From the human T2T-CHM13v2.0 reference genome, Homo sapiens: a stretch of DNA of 64,000 nt. This document shows positions 26,151 through 40,005 of the stretch, piece by piece. Below the pieces are notes generated by a model that was not told the DNA's origin, did not search any database, and saw only the letters and a program-made list of their open reading frames with translations. The stretch is from NCBI RefSeq assembly GCF_009914755.1, contig NC_060926.1. The stretch is one strand, 5' to 3'. Both the position numbers and the translations under genes were made by a program. Every line of letters begins with the position of its first letter. Within the stretch, counting starts at the first letter, position 1.

Positions 26151-29100
26151 GTGATTGAAAATCCAGAGTGATAAGAGCTATGTTTGAAGAAGATATATTT
26201 TACTCCTTTCTTAAATGACATATTCCAGCCAATACTTTAGAATTGCCTGTTGGCATTTCACGCAGGTTTTCAACACATGCTATTTCATCTTCCTCTGCCT
26301 GGTCCAGTGCCTCTGTTTCCTCCAACTTGAAGCTCCCTAGACCCCAATTCATCCAGTTGAGCAAGTAGAATTCACTCCACCTGGGTTCCCATCCAATGGG
26401 CCTAGTCACTTTGCAAAGCTAAAACAATCTGCTGCAAGCAACTCCCTTAAGGGAGAGGCAATTTGTATTAGAAAGATTAGTGCTGACTTTCATCCACAGC
26501 AAAACCATTTTGCTACAACACAGCCCTTTTTGTAAGCAGGAGCCCGATCCTGCCACAGAGCCGAGCGTGAATGCTGCTGATCTCCTTGGACAAGACTGCT
26601 GGGGCCTTTGGGAACAGCATGTGGCCACATGTCAGTTTGCTTCTTTGACAAGTCTCTACTGTCTTTACCCCAGAAAGCCTGGACAATTGTATTTTGTAGA
26701 ATATTTTCAAATCTGCTTCCAGACCTTGACATTTTGAAACAACTAACCTGCTTTGTTTGAGAAATGCATTTAAATAAATTAATGAAACCACTGCTCTGAA
26801 TGAATCCTTTCAGCCTGCTTACAGAGAAATTTTGAAAGGGCAATATTATCACTGACAAAAACTGCAGCATCTGAGCAATTTGATATCCAGAAAGCTGAGT
26901 AGGGAGGCAGAACATAATGACAGTTTTACCTATAGCAAAACCATTAAAGGTCGCTTACCAGAAGGACAGCTGAAATACAATTTGTTTTCAAATTATAAGA
27001 TTAAAGAACATTCCTTGAAGAAAGTATTATTATACAGTGTCAAAAGAAAGAGAGATTAAAATGGTTGGAAGATGCAATCACAGCTGAGATAAATTCTACT
27101 TTCTCTGTGGTTTGCACACCCTGCAGTCTCTCCGGCTCAATGGATTGGGTGGGTTGGAGAAATTAGCAAATGCTCCTCTCTCTATACAAATCTTTCCCCC
27201 ACTGAGAGTTCTTTTCCCCTCTGGTCTTACTGAAAACATGCTTGCCTACCAGGCAACCCATGTGGAGGAGTGAAGGGTGTCTTTGTTAATGGTGCCCATT
27301 GGAGAGGACAACATTAAAAATTCTCTAAAATGAAGAGGGCAATTTTGAGTTTCCAAGTCATTAGGCAGGTTTATGATTTGTCCATTTGCAAAGGAGCTGA
27401 TGGGACTCTCCACACAGCCATTTCACTTAAAATGGGCTCATCTTGCACATGGCTTTGTTCAGTCTTCCTCTCATGCCCAGAACTCTTCTGGTGCAGGCTG
27501 AGGCTGCCTTTGGGAGACATTGGAAAGTCTGTCCTGTCTCCCCTGCAGCACCATTTTACTTAAAATGCTATATAGCACCTCAACAAGACTATACATGACT
27601 CTTTGCAATGAGCAAGTTAAATCAAATAAAACCCCGCTCTATTAATACTGTCAATTCTACAACATGTATCATGCATAAGTTCTTCACAAATATTAGCTAA
27701 CAGTGAACCTGCACTACCTTCTTGAATGGTAACTCAAAGGTGTTTTCTGCATTTTTAAAATATTTATTTGAATACACTCCTTGAAAACATGACTTTTTCT
27801 TTATGCAAGACTTTCGGTAACAGACATAATTTGTTCAAACCTAGACAAAACAGAGTGGCAAGAAATAGGAAGATTATGCAACTTGACTATTTGGAATGTA
27901 ATAAATAATAATGTGCTGTTCTGAACACACAAAAATAGAGAGCTTCTAAATACATTGTCAGACTGATCACCCAGTTCTTCCTTATTCAAAATGCCTGCTG
28001 CAAACATAAATGCCTGCTCAATGGCCACTGAACATCCTTTATGCCTCTTGTCTTCCTGGACCAGACAAGTTTTCTTGCTTCCTTGTGCCCTTCTCAAATG
28101 TTAGTTCTTTATGAAACTTGCCCACACCATCTCCTTTCTCAATGTGTGTTGGGGGTAGGAGGATTATGAAGAATTGCTGGAGAGCTGGGGCCAAAGTCAA
28201 GCTGTCTGGAGGCCAGAAGCTGGTTGGCACTGTCCTGTCCCAAGAATGCCTGGTCATCTTGCTTTTCCTTCCACTATCCTAGATAAAAAGACCACAGCAT
28301 TATTGACAACCCAGCAGAGCTCCTTAGATGTCCCTGCTGCTGGAACCCACACTCCAAACTTGGTTTTACACCCCAGCCAGTAGAGCAAGAGCTATTGCTG
28401 TTGTACTCTCTCTGGGAATCAGGAGGGTCTCCTTACAGAAGTCATCAATTGCCCCCTACCACACCCAAACAAAAACAACTTAATTTGAACTAACCTTCAA
28501 TTACTCAGTTAAAAGCCAGACTTTTGATGTCATCCTTGTTTCTATTCTGTTCCTTTTAACTCCCATGTTTAATTCCAATCTCACCAAAAGTGGGTCCTGA
28601 AGTTTTAGCACCTTGTTTAGGAAACATGTCCTGTTTCTCAGAGATCCCAGTGAAAAGACAGATATTTTCTATCTACGTTACTACTTTGCCTACATCAGAG
28701 GCCAGAGATCAGGCTTGATATTTTAGTAAATCTTTTTATTTGTCTGAATTTAGGATCAATTAAGAAAATAGACCAAAAAATCAGAAATAATGATTAGATT
28801 AATGTCAATTTTATTAATCACTAACCTGAATTTGAAAATGTGGATTAAATAGGCAGCTACAAATTACACCTTCCTCTGTTTTTTTCCAAGTCTAGACTTA
28901 GAGTCTACCCATATTTTGAGAGGCTAGACATACTAAAAAGATGTTTTTAGCTGGATTTTCTGCCTCATATAACTCTATGAGGGAGTTCCTAATGGTACAT
29001 CATCTTTTATAGATGAATAAATTCACAAGATAAGTAACTTATCCAACAGTCATAACTGCTGCCTTCAGCAAACTTATATCTCAGTGGAAATAGGAGATAA

Positions 29101-29281
29101 GCTGTTAATTATAAAATTATATTGGAATACACTAGATTAAAATTTAGAAAATAGAATGAAAGAGACCTAATTAGATCATGTAGTCATGGGTGACTTTGAA
29201 GCTAGGTCTGAGAGGTGAGCAGGCACCAACCATGAGAAAAGCATAAATCAAAGTAGGAAAACAACTAGCAAACTATCTAGT

Positions 29282-29684
29282 TGATATAGTTTAGATATTT
29301 ATCCTCACCCAAATCTCATTTTGTATGTAATCCCCAGTGCTGGAGGTGGGGCCTGGTGGGAGGTGTTTGGATCATGAGGGTGGATCTCTCATGGCTTGGT
29401 ACTGTCTTCATGATAGTGAGTTCTCACAAGATTTGGTCATTTAAAAAAGTGTGTGGCACCTCCCTTTATTCTCTGTCTTGCTTCTGCTTTTGCCATGCAT
29501 TGTGCCTGCTCCCCCTTAGCCTCCCACATGATTGTAAGCTTCCTGAGGCCTCCCTAGAAGCTGAGCAGATGCCAGAAGGATGCTTTTTGTAAAACATGCA
29601 AAACTGTGAGCCAATTAAACCTCTTTTCTTTATAAATTACCCTGTCCCAATTATTTCTTTATAGCAATGCAAGAACATAACACA
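29282..29684 (+). mobile_element. MSTA/MSTB-type MaLR solo LTR
   Basis: tgatatagttt...aatccccagtgctggaggtggggcctggtgggagg...agaagctgagcagatgcc...atagcaatgcaagaacataacaca; TSD ctagt/ctaat. Confidence 0.9.
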
Positions 29685-30141
29685 CTAATGCATAGCAGTT
29701 ATTTAATAAATGCTCGTATCCCTTCCCTTGTCAACCCCTTCTTATAGAAACTTGACATGTATATCAGCCAAAAGTTTTAAAATCATGGTGAAGGAAACTG
29801 TATCTCTAAGACTGAAAAAATAAGTGATGAAAATCAGAGGAGGCCTTACCTTGAACTAGAGAACATGCCTTATTAGAAAAGACCAAATGTGATTGCAGTT
29901 TCAGGAAACTAGGGAATACCTTGGCTGTTACCCAAATGGGAAAGACCACCACCCAGCCCCTCCCAACAAAAGCCTGATCTGGCACTATGACAGGAAAGCA
30001 TCTGGGATATGATGGTGTCCACCATCCATAAGACTCAAGATGAATAAACCAAAGGACTTGGCTAATGACATTCCTTAGAAAAATGTAGATATTTGTTCTA
30101 CAACCAGTTTAAGGATCTTGACTCCTTACGATAATTTTGAG

Positions 30142-30180
30142 GGATGGATGAATAGATGGATGGATGGTTGGATGGATGGC
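30142..30180. repeat. (GGAT)n degenerate repeat
   Basis: ggatggatgaatagatggatggatggttggatggatgg. Confidence 0.75.
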
Positions 30181-31148
30181 CTGTCTCTATGACATCTCTA
30201 AGTGATTCCAATCATCACCTTACTATTGAGGACCAGCCAATTCATTCTGACAGACGCTAGGTTTAGAGTTTATAATACATTTTCCAGCACTCAGACAGGG
30301 GACCCATTAGGCTAGTAATGGAAGCTGCACTTTCCGGCCAGCTATTTGTGGCAAAATGACTGTTCAATATATTTTGCAGCTCCTTGATAATCCATCCAGT
30401 GAATCTTCTATATTCTGTGGAGGACCTGGGAAATACTCCAGGAAACAAGGATAAAGCTAAGATAGTGTTACAAGTTACAAAAAGGGCAGATCCCTTTTAT
30501 ATGTTTTATGTGTTGGGACTATGCCTAAGAATTCATTTAAATGAAATGGCTTATTGCTAAATCATGGGCCCAAAGTAAGTTAATTTGGAGATTCTCCTTT
30601 TTAATGTAGCTCTGTCGAAAGTGACAATAACCTCCATAATTAAGGGAACTTTGAGAAGCTTGATTGTTTTAAGAATGTCCTCAATAAATACCTGAGAAAT
30701 ACGAACATGATATTTTGGTAAGTAAATACAAAATGTTAGAATAAGATAAAAATAAGCCAGTGACTTTATGTATTTCCCCTGTCATCTTATTTATGCATTG
30801 AGGCCAAATCACTTTGAATTATATGAAGATCCATTTTCTCTTTCATAAAATAAAGAGATTTGTGAGAGAAAGGCCTAAGAGTTTTAGAGGACAGCCAGCT
30901 CAATGTGAGCTCTTTGTTTAATATATAGAATGGAAAATTGGATAAATCCTAGGATGAATCAGTAGAAGTATGTATTTCAAGTTAAAGGAGGTGAGGTCAC
31001 TATAACAGTAATCACATTTTGAGAAGAACATTCACAACCTAGAATATTCCCAATAAAAAGCTTTAAAATATCAAGGAATATAAAAACTGTGACATATAAG
31101 AAAATGTTTATGAGCCTAGAGATTTTAGGAATGTAAAAGAGATTTAGA

Positions 31149-31509
<361 letters not shown>

Positions 31510-31782
31510 TTAGACTCTGTCTGAAGTGAGTAGACTAAGGAATAGGGATGAAAATGAGAAGGAATAAAACTTCAGGTGTAAAGGACCTTCCCATGAATGG
31601 AACTGTGTGAGCTTCGTTTTTGGGCAAAAGGCAGCCACAGGAAATCTTAAGCATGGTGTAGAGAATCATGGCAATGGGTAAGAGGTTGAACTACCAACTG
31701 GACCTCAACATGCCAGTGCAAGTTCACTGCTGGGCTTGTTCATAAGAATCATCCAAATGAGGTTGTTTAAAAAATAGGAATT

Positions 31783-34095
31783 CAGGGTGGGCCCAAGCAA
31801 TCAAGGCCAAAGCGATGTGTGCCTTTATGCTGGTGGAGAGGGTGCCATGATCTGACATGGAATAGCAGGGACCAGGTGGAGTGAGGAGGTTTTGGTACAA
31901 GAGGAGATGAGGGTGGAGGTGGAGGCAGCCCGATGTTGGAGTCCGAGTGGGATGAGAAGGAAACCTGAGCAGGCAAATGTGTTACAGCAGCCCAGTGTGG
32001 GGTGTCAGAGCCCAAGCAGGGTGAAGAGCAATGCTGGGGGCAGTGATGGCAGTCTGGCATGTGTGTTAGAGCCCGAACAGGGTGAGGAAAGCATCGTGCA
32101 GCCTGGCAGTGGGTATTAGAGCCTGGCATGGTGAGAAGTGTGTTCCTAAAGGGCAGAGCAGAGGCAGTGCAGAAGGATGATGAGAGGGGTGTCTTTGCAG
32201 GGGAGCAGCAACTGTGGCAGCCCAGTGTGAGGTGTGGAAGCCTAAGTGAGGTGGGAGGAGCTTCCGCAGTGGGGGCTGGGGATGGGAGCATAACATGCAG
32301 GAGTCTGTGATGGGATCTGGGAATATGAAGAAAAAGAAGGTTAGGGCTCAGGCTTAGAAAAGTTGATAGTCTTGAGAAGGAGATGGCACATGAAAGGGAT
32401 GTCAGGGTAAACAAGGTGCTATAATACAGTATGTCAAGGTGCAGTGAGAAAAAAATAGTGACCCAAATTCTTATCCAAGCACAGGTGACAGAGTATTCAA
32501 CAAAAAGCCCAAGTATTACAAAATAAAAAAGGCCAGTGACCAGCAACAGTGTATTGATTACATACTGAGGGGATTTTCCTAATAAGTAAGTACATGTGGG
32601 ATTATGGGAGTCATGCTTCTCACTGTTAGGAAAGAAAATTAGAAACACAAAAAGGAAATGAACAAATAAACAAACAAACTAGAATTGACTCAGGATTCTT
32701 GAATTGTAATTGGAGCTTGACATGTGAACCCATAGTTGTCAATCTATAGATATATTGATACATGTAATTTCTAGGTATAGAAATTAATATACATACCTGT
32801 ATATATGATACAGACACATACACACATACATTTCTTACCACTGAGAAGAAGTGGTAGCAGTGATACCTCAATAACAATGAACACACCTAAACTGATATCT
32901 TGGTATCTAAACATCATTCTTCACTAAAAGGAACCATGGCTCCTTGGAGAAATAGCTGATTCTAGGGCTGAGATAGGGAAAGTACTAGATGAGCTAAAAC
33001 ATATTTTTGTGCCAGAAAATAAAGAGGTGCTCAGTGAATGATGAAACATGTCAAAAGGACACAGGACCCAGCTTGAAAGAGCTCCTTTTGGTCAAATCTA
33101 GGACAATTTGAGCAACAAAATATGTAAGGATAGCAAAAGATTATAACCCAATGAATAAAATATATTCTTGAATCTGTCCTGATATAGATATACGAATGGA
33201 GAGAAGAGAAAATGTTTCCTTACAGTGAAGTGGCAACTGATAAATGTTGAAGGAATTATGGAGTTTGAAAGTCACCATATAGCAACAATCATTGCATTAA
33301 TTAATTCAGCTAGGAAACATCAATGGATGCTAAAACTAGTGAGTAAAAATGTGTTGAGGCATATGGTAGCCTCAGGATACATTTCCTCAAAATATTCATT
33401 GATTATAAAGTAAAGATGAGTAACTTTATAGTGGAAAAACCTGGCAATCATCCCCATGGTCAGAGATCATGTTTAATAACACCAGTCAAAAGACACATGG
33501 AAATCATGTGTTCTTTGATAAGATGCAATAAGACATACGCACATAAGAAGAAGAACACTTTATTTCTTATGTGATATTTCTGGGGAAAAGAGCATGACCT
33601 GAATTTAATATTGAAGAAGCTTTAGACAAACCTGCACTGAAGGACTTTCTGCAAAATAACTGGCCTGTGATCCTCAAAAGTGGTCAAAGTCATAAAAATT
33701 AAAGAAAAGCTGAAGAACAGTTCCAGATTGAAGGAGAGAGACTAAAGACGCATGACAAATAAATGTAACTCATATTCCTGGATTAGATGCTTTTGTTATA
33801 AAGGACATTGTACTGACAACTGGCGAAGCTCAAATGGTGTCATATGATGAAATAATTAGTAAACAAATCAATGTTAGCTGCCTTATTATTATAGTTGCAC
33901 TTTTGTTGTAAAGAAGGTCTTTATCTGTAGAAAATGTACACTGAAGTATTACAGGAGTGATGGGGCTTTATGTTGTCAATTTAATCTCAAATTATCTCGA
34001 GTAGAAAACATGAGGATGGGGGAGTGGGGAACGATGCTTTTAATAGTCTTGGAACTATTTTGTATATTTGAAATCATTTCAAAATTTAAAAAAGA
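31783..34095 (+). mobile_element. L1MC4-like LINE 3' region inserted in a MER5-like element (31730-31782 / 34095-34210)
   Basis: ggagaaatagctgattctagggctgagatagggaaagtactagatgagc..., aataactggcctgtgatcctcaaaagt, end tttgaaatcatttcaaaatttaaaaaa. Confidence 0.75.
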
Positions 34096-34214
34096 TATTC
34101 CTAGACCTCGTTATAGACCTATGGAAGAACATTAATTAATGAAAGTGAGGCACAAGGATCTGTATGCTAAAGAGTCCATGTCATTCCTTGCTAGGTTTGG
34201 AAACCTCTGGGCAA

Positions 34215-34378
34215 AATCACTGCTTTGCAGACTTTAGTGTGCATACGTTACATGGAAATCTTGTTAGAATTCAGATTCTAATTCAGTTGTTTTGTAGCCG
34301 GATTTAATTTTCCGCATTTCTAACAAGCTCCAAGGCAGTGCCAAGGCTGTTGATCTGCAGACTAAACTTTGAGTAAAA
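34215..34378 (-). mobile_element. MER5A-type MITE
   Basis: actttagtgtgcata...atggaaatcttgttagaattcagattctaattcag...gcatttctaacaagctcc...actttgagta. Confidence 0.75.
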
Positions 34379-34999
34379 AACTAGATGATCTTTGAGAACA
34401 TACTCCACTTGACAAATGATGAGAACAGTATTCTGCTTCCAGTGTTTGTAGAATTCGTGGCACTAGAATTCATAAATTTAAATGTTCCTTCATGACCAGC
34501 CTGTAAAATAAACTGGCAGTGGACTTCATATTTGTGGATAATCTTGCACCTTATAACAAAAGGAGAAGTTTGCGCCTGGAAACATTCTGTCAGGCTTTGG
34601 ACACAATAATAATTTTTTTTTTTTGCCAATATGACCAAAATCTAAGCAATGACACATTATTAAAAGTCTACAGAGGCATTAAAAAAAATGAAAAGTTCTT
34701 TGGGGTGATATATCACACTCTCTTAGATCATCATTTTCTTAGAGTTGAAACAGAACTAAAATCAAAAAGATTTTTTTCCCCTCAAAGCACAGGTGGAAAA
34801 AGCCTAAGAAGTCAATGTCAAAGGTAATCATCTCAGCTACTTGGTCAATATCTAGCTCTTCCTTACACCTCTGTCAAATCCCAACAGAGTGATTCCTTTA
34901 TCATCTTTGTATGGAGAAATAATCGTTATTACTGAGTGCCAAACCTGTGCCTGGCAATGGATTAGGTCCATTAAGTTGGTTTAATCCTTTATGTCTATT

Positions 35000-35510
35000 T
35001 TTTTTCCATTAAAATTAGTTCATTTTTGTCATTAGCTTCCTGAGTATCATTCTATGTTCATAACTGCTTTTTTTCGTCATATAGATATACTCATAAAATC
35101 ATATATGGTAATGTTTATGTGCATTTTACAGAGTTACTTCAATGCTGTCATAATGTACCTTTCCTTTTGCAACACTTGTAGTTAGGTTTTAAGATCTACG
35201 TAGACAGACAGATAGATTGAAGAAGTATTTTCTTCTGTAAACACAATACATTTGGTTTATGGGCCATTAGTTTGTCTTCAGTGTTTTCTGTTGAAGCAGT
35301 GCTATGATAAGCATCTTTTTATATGCTTCTTACTTCATTTGTGCAAGAGCTTCTCGGGGCATGTAAATAGAAACCAAATTGTAGGATCATAGGGTGTGTG
35401 CATTGCCAAATTTGCTAGATGATGTCAAATGCCCCTTCATAGTGGTTCTACCTATTTATATTCCCTCTGGAAGTATAAGAGGGTCCCTGGATCCCCATAT
35501 CTTTGCAAAG
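35000..35510 (-). mobile_element. Old L1 (L1ME-like) fragment
   Basis: gctatgataagcatc...aattgtaggatcatagggtgtgtgcatt...gtggttctacctatttatattccc...atccccatatctttgc. Confidence 0.6.
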
Positions 35511-35714
35511 GCTCGTTAATCTCATAGGGTTAATGATGTAATGTTCTTGGAACTGTGTCTGACACTTAATCAATGCATATCCCTATGACTCTTCTACAGC
35601 AACTGCAGTAACAGCTCCTATTACTATTATTATAAAATCACTACTATTTACTTATTAGAGTATGCCCCAGCCTAGAATGAGTGCTCAGTAAATATCTTTT
35701 GAATGAATGGATGC

Positions 35715-35870
35715 GCAATCCCTAGAGCCATTGTATAAAGTAACATTATGAGGAAAATGAGGCTCTGAGAGGAAACTCACTTGCCCAAGGTTGCCAGTGA
35801 TGGAACTGGGCCTGGGACTCAGCCCTATTTGTCTCTAGTGTGAATTCAATTTCCATTTTATTCCACTCCC
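35715..35870 (-). mobile_element. MIR SINE
   Basis: atgaggaaaatgaggctctgagagg...cacttgcccaaggttgccagtgatggaactggg. Confidence 0.65.
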
Positions 35871-36914
35871 CACATCACTTCAAGTAAGAGTGATTTTTTT
35901 TATACCATTCTATCCTCTATAAAAATTCTGGAAGATTAAAATCTGTAATAAACAACAAAAGAAGAATTATTTAAAGATGTTGGTGAAGAGGATGGTTACT
36001 AGCCACGTCAAGTGGCCTTGTTTAAAGGGTAGCTTGTGTGTATTACCCTGCTTCCCTCTCCCCTTAGCCCAGGAAGCCCTGTCTCCCAGGAGGGGGCTTC
36101 ATAGCCTCAGAATGGGCAAGCAGAAGTCTGCAGCTGAAACCAAAGTCCCATGTCCCCCAGGCTGCCCAGGGGCACATTTCTTTCCTACCTCCTCTGTAAG
36201 CTGTGCCTGCTGCAGCAGCCTCCCTGGGGCAAGCACTGCCTCATCTGACAGGCCATAATTTGGGTCATTACACTCTCCCATGGGCAGTAATGACATTTTT
36301 TCTTTTCTAGACACGACCTCTGCACAGCTGCCTCATGGGAGGGAGAGTTGATTACTCCTCCACCGTGGCTCCTGTCTTGCAGAAGCCGGCTTCTGAGAGG
36401 CACTGCCTTAGTCTGTGGAGCTGCCTGTTTTGTGGCTCTTATCTTCTCAGAGAGGCTCTGCACCGAGGAAGGGAAATCTCTTTAAAGGGTCACACCCTGA
36501 AGGCTGTGACTTGGGAATAGTGTGGGAATGTAAGGGCCACAGGGGAATCATTCCTGCTCAAAACAGCTCTGCATTTTACCCAGAGAGATGCTTTGCATTA
36601 AATTCTGGGGAGGCTTAAGCTCAGAAAAGCACCCACCTTAGAATTATGAGAATCATCTTGCTTAGGTGAGTTTCCTTCAAGAAAACCATTTAGATGAACA
36701 CTAAAGAGTGAGGAAAGCAAGTCCTCTGGGGAAGAGGCAGCCGGGGCAGAGCTGCAGGGGAGTCAGAAGACAGAGCTGGTCCTGCTGCTCCTAGAGGTGC
36801 CAGGGGGTCACAGGAGGGGAGACAGGCTGGTGATGGATGGCGATAGTGCTGGCTTCCCCTTAGAATGCTGTCTGAGTGCCAGCTTTACCCAAAGAGGTAT
36901 TTAGAGAGATGGTG

Positions 36915-37050
36915 GGATACGATGGATTAAACACACTGACCCTGGGGTCAGATAAAATGGGACCCAGTCACGTTCTGACAATTACTTCCTTAGGAACGTC
37001 AGCAACTTGTCAAACCACTCTAAGCTGTTTCCTTATTCGTCAAATGAGGA
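36915..37050 (+). mobile_element. MIR SINE
   Basis: ctggggtcagataaaatggga...tctaagctgtttccttattcgtcaaatgagga. Confidence 0.55.
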
Positions 37051-37258
37051 AATTGCTCTCAGAGTCTTAGGGTCCTGTGCATCCCAGTGTTTTATGACTC
37101 TAAGAAGGAGCCATATTTCTATAAAACTGCCAGACTGGGCGCCGGGCTGCCCGCCGCAGACACTGTCTGTCTTCTGGGCCCGGACCCCAAGCTGCAGTTG
37201 ATTCTGGGTCCTGACTGCATTCACTCCAACTCGTTACCTGTGGCACTGGCTGTGGGGG

Positions 37259-37590
37259 TGTCTTTGTCAGTGTGGGGTGCTACAAAAGAGTACCATAGAC
37301 ATGGTGGCTTATAAACAACAGAAATTTATTTCTTGCAGATCTGGAGGCTGGAAGTCTAAGGTCAGAGTGCCAGCATGGTTGCATTCTATGGAGGGCTTCC
37401 TTCCGGTTGTATTCTCATGTGGCAGAAAGAGGGCAAATTCATTTTTTGAAGGTCATTAATGCAATTCATGAGGGTTCTACCCCCATGGCCTAATCACCAC
37501 GGCCCAAAGGCCTCACCTCCTCATACCGTCACCTGGGGGGTAAAGATTTAACATGAATTTTGAAGGGGCACAAATATTCAGTCCATTGTA
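37259..37590 (-). mobile_element. MLT1A/MST-type MaLR solo LTR
   Basis: accatagacatggtggcttataaacaacagaaatttatttct...tctggaggctggaagtctaaggtc...aatattcagtccattgta; TSD ggggg/gggag. Confidence 0.85.
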
Positions 37591-40005
37591 GGGAGTGACA
37601 CCTCTGTACTCTGTAAGTACCAGGGATTTGGTTATTTGCAAAACTCTGATTGAGGTCTCCTCTATTTTCTTATTCCTTCTTAGAAATCTAGTTTTCAAAC
37701 TGCCAGCAATTGAGCTTTTATCAGTAATTTAATTAATAAGTTATTTATTTGAATTACTTTAATGTTCAAAAGTGATTGGCTAATTCTTTTTCCTAACCTA
37801 ATTTCCCTGAAAGTGGGAAGGTGGGAGTAAGGGTATCTTGGGTTCCTGGTTGAACCCAGTTTCTCTTTCTGAGCGTTCTTAATAAGGAGGTATAGGACTC
37901 TGAAATGACCCCAGGGGATCATCTCTTCCTTTTCATAAACATCTAGCACTTAACATGAGCACAGTCAGCAGAAGCCAGGACATCATATTCTCTTGAAACG
38001 TGATCTCTGAATTTTCTCTGTCTTATTAGCTTAAGTTGCAGTACATGTTAGAGAGGGGAGACAACATAATAGTCATTTTAAATACCTGTTAAATTGATAA
38101 ATAAACACATTGAAAGTCTAAGAAATCACTGGTGACTTCACAGGGGTACGTTCAGGGTTCTATGTAGAGAAGTTGTAGTTGTGAGCACTGTTTCAGCATT
38201 GAGATGGGAGTGGAATCCTAACCCCTAGGGTTTGTAAGCAGAAATATGTGGGACTGAGTGTCAGCACAATGCTGCCTGGGTGAGAAATAGAGGAGAATCT
38301 TATACTTTTAATAGTTGGAGACTAAAGGAGCTTGTATTATTTATGGAGCTGCTTCTCTGCCCTTTGCTTCTCCACCGAGGCAAGCCAGTGTTCGGGAATC
38401 TCTTGTTGGCTGGCACCTAAGCATCCATCTCTTGAAGACTCCAGCCCAATTTAGAACCCCCACTGGCAATGTTACTGACATATGGTTTATGAACATTTCA
38501 AGGGTTGAGAAACTACTTTCTTCCAAGAGCAGACTATGCCATTCAGCACTGCTAAGTAGCTCTACAGGTACTAGGAGGCCACAGGTTAGGAAAAGCCGAG
38601 TGCTGCCTTGCTATAATTCCTTTGCATGCTCTTTGGAGACATCTACAGGTCTCCGTGGCTACCCCTCAGACAAACTGAAACACGCTTGACCTACCCCAAC
38701 CCTAGGGCTTCCCTTTTCAAAGTTGATTATCTAGATCAGGGCTTCAAATCTTCCCCAATCCTGGGAACCCTCCCCTGAGCAAGCTCCAGTTGTGTACTGA
38801 GCTTTCCCACAAACATGTCATACTTCTGTCCCTAATATACAATAATCAAGACGTGACTATGTGCCCCGGAGAATCCTAAAGGGGCTCTTCCATCCTGGGG
38901 AGTCATGAAGAGAGGAGAAAGTCTGGACTCTGCTGCGGATGGTTGGCTGGAGCTGGACTAGAGCATGAGGTCTAATGCCCCAGGAAGAGGCAGCTCTGGG
39001 ACCTCTAGTGGTCACTGTCTGTCTCTAACACACACATGCACACGTAAGCACATGCAAACACAAACACTTACACACCAGTTGGGGTAGAGTCAGTGGGAAA
39101 CACTGAACTGAATTTGTTCTCCTTTTTCATCCTCTCTCTGGTGAAGCATCACCAGCAACTGCCCATCTGCCCCATCTAGGGCCTTTTGGCTGGAGAGAGG
39201 CAGCATTTGAGTTCTGTGTGAAGCTCTAGTGTGTCCTCTCTGCTCTTGGGTTTCTACTTTCTCAGTTACAGAAGTTACAAGTTTGTTCCCCACTAGCAGT
39301 TAGGATTAACTCCTGCAGGACAAGTATTTTACCGTCTCCAGCTTTTATTTTGTTCTCAGCTCTATCACAATTCACAGTGTGATTTGGGACAAATTGTTTG
39401 CCCCTGTAAAGTGAGGAGGTTGGATAAGGCAACCACTAAATTCCTTCCTGTTTTTATAGGAACGTTTCACCCTGCAGGACAACGAGCCAGAGCCTTGCAT
39501 ACCAGGGGCAGGCATTAGACCACACCCGCTTTGACTGTTAGACTCATCTGCAGTGCTTGTGCCACTAGTGAGATGCGCCTAATGGGGGAGTTCATCCCCC
39601 ACCTCACCCTGGTGTAAGTAGTTTACTGGATGGGAATTTGGGCTCCTAGAAGTCTTCATCTTACTATTTATGTACCACCTCTGAATTGAACAGGTGTTAT
39701 AAAAGGGTAAACTGATGCTAAAAGCTACCTCAAGAAGATGCCTGGAGCAGGGTTCAAGATCAATCTAGCTTTTAGTCTCAGCCATAAACCATCTGAGCTT
39801 TGGGTAAGTCACTTGACCACCAGGCCGGTTTCCTCATTATGACAGAATGGAATTCTGAATTCCCTTTCTGTTGTAATAGTCTGATTGCACAATTTTCCAT
39901 TAGAGAAGTTTCATACCTGTTAGATCTCCTGCTGCCAGGAACTAACCTCCTGGGAGACAGGTCTTATCGTCATCCAGGCATATAGGAGGGTGTTGGGAAA
40001 ACACT

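Noticed and set aside
31920-32265. CRISPR-like repeat/spacer appearance
   Set aside because: Primate DNA, highly degenerate repeats, irregular spacers, no cas genes, embedded in an L1MC-type 3' region
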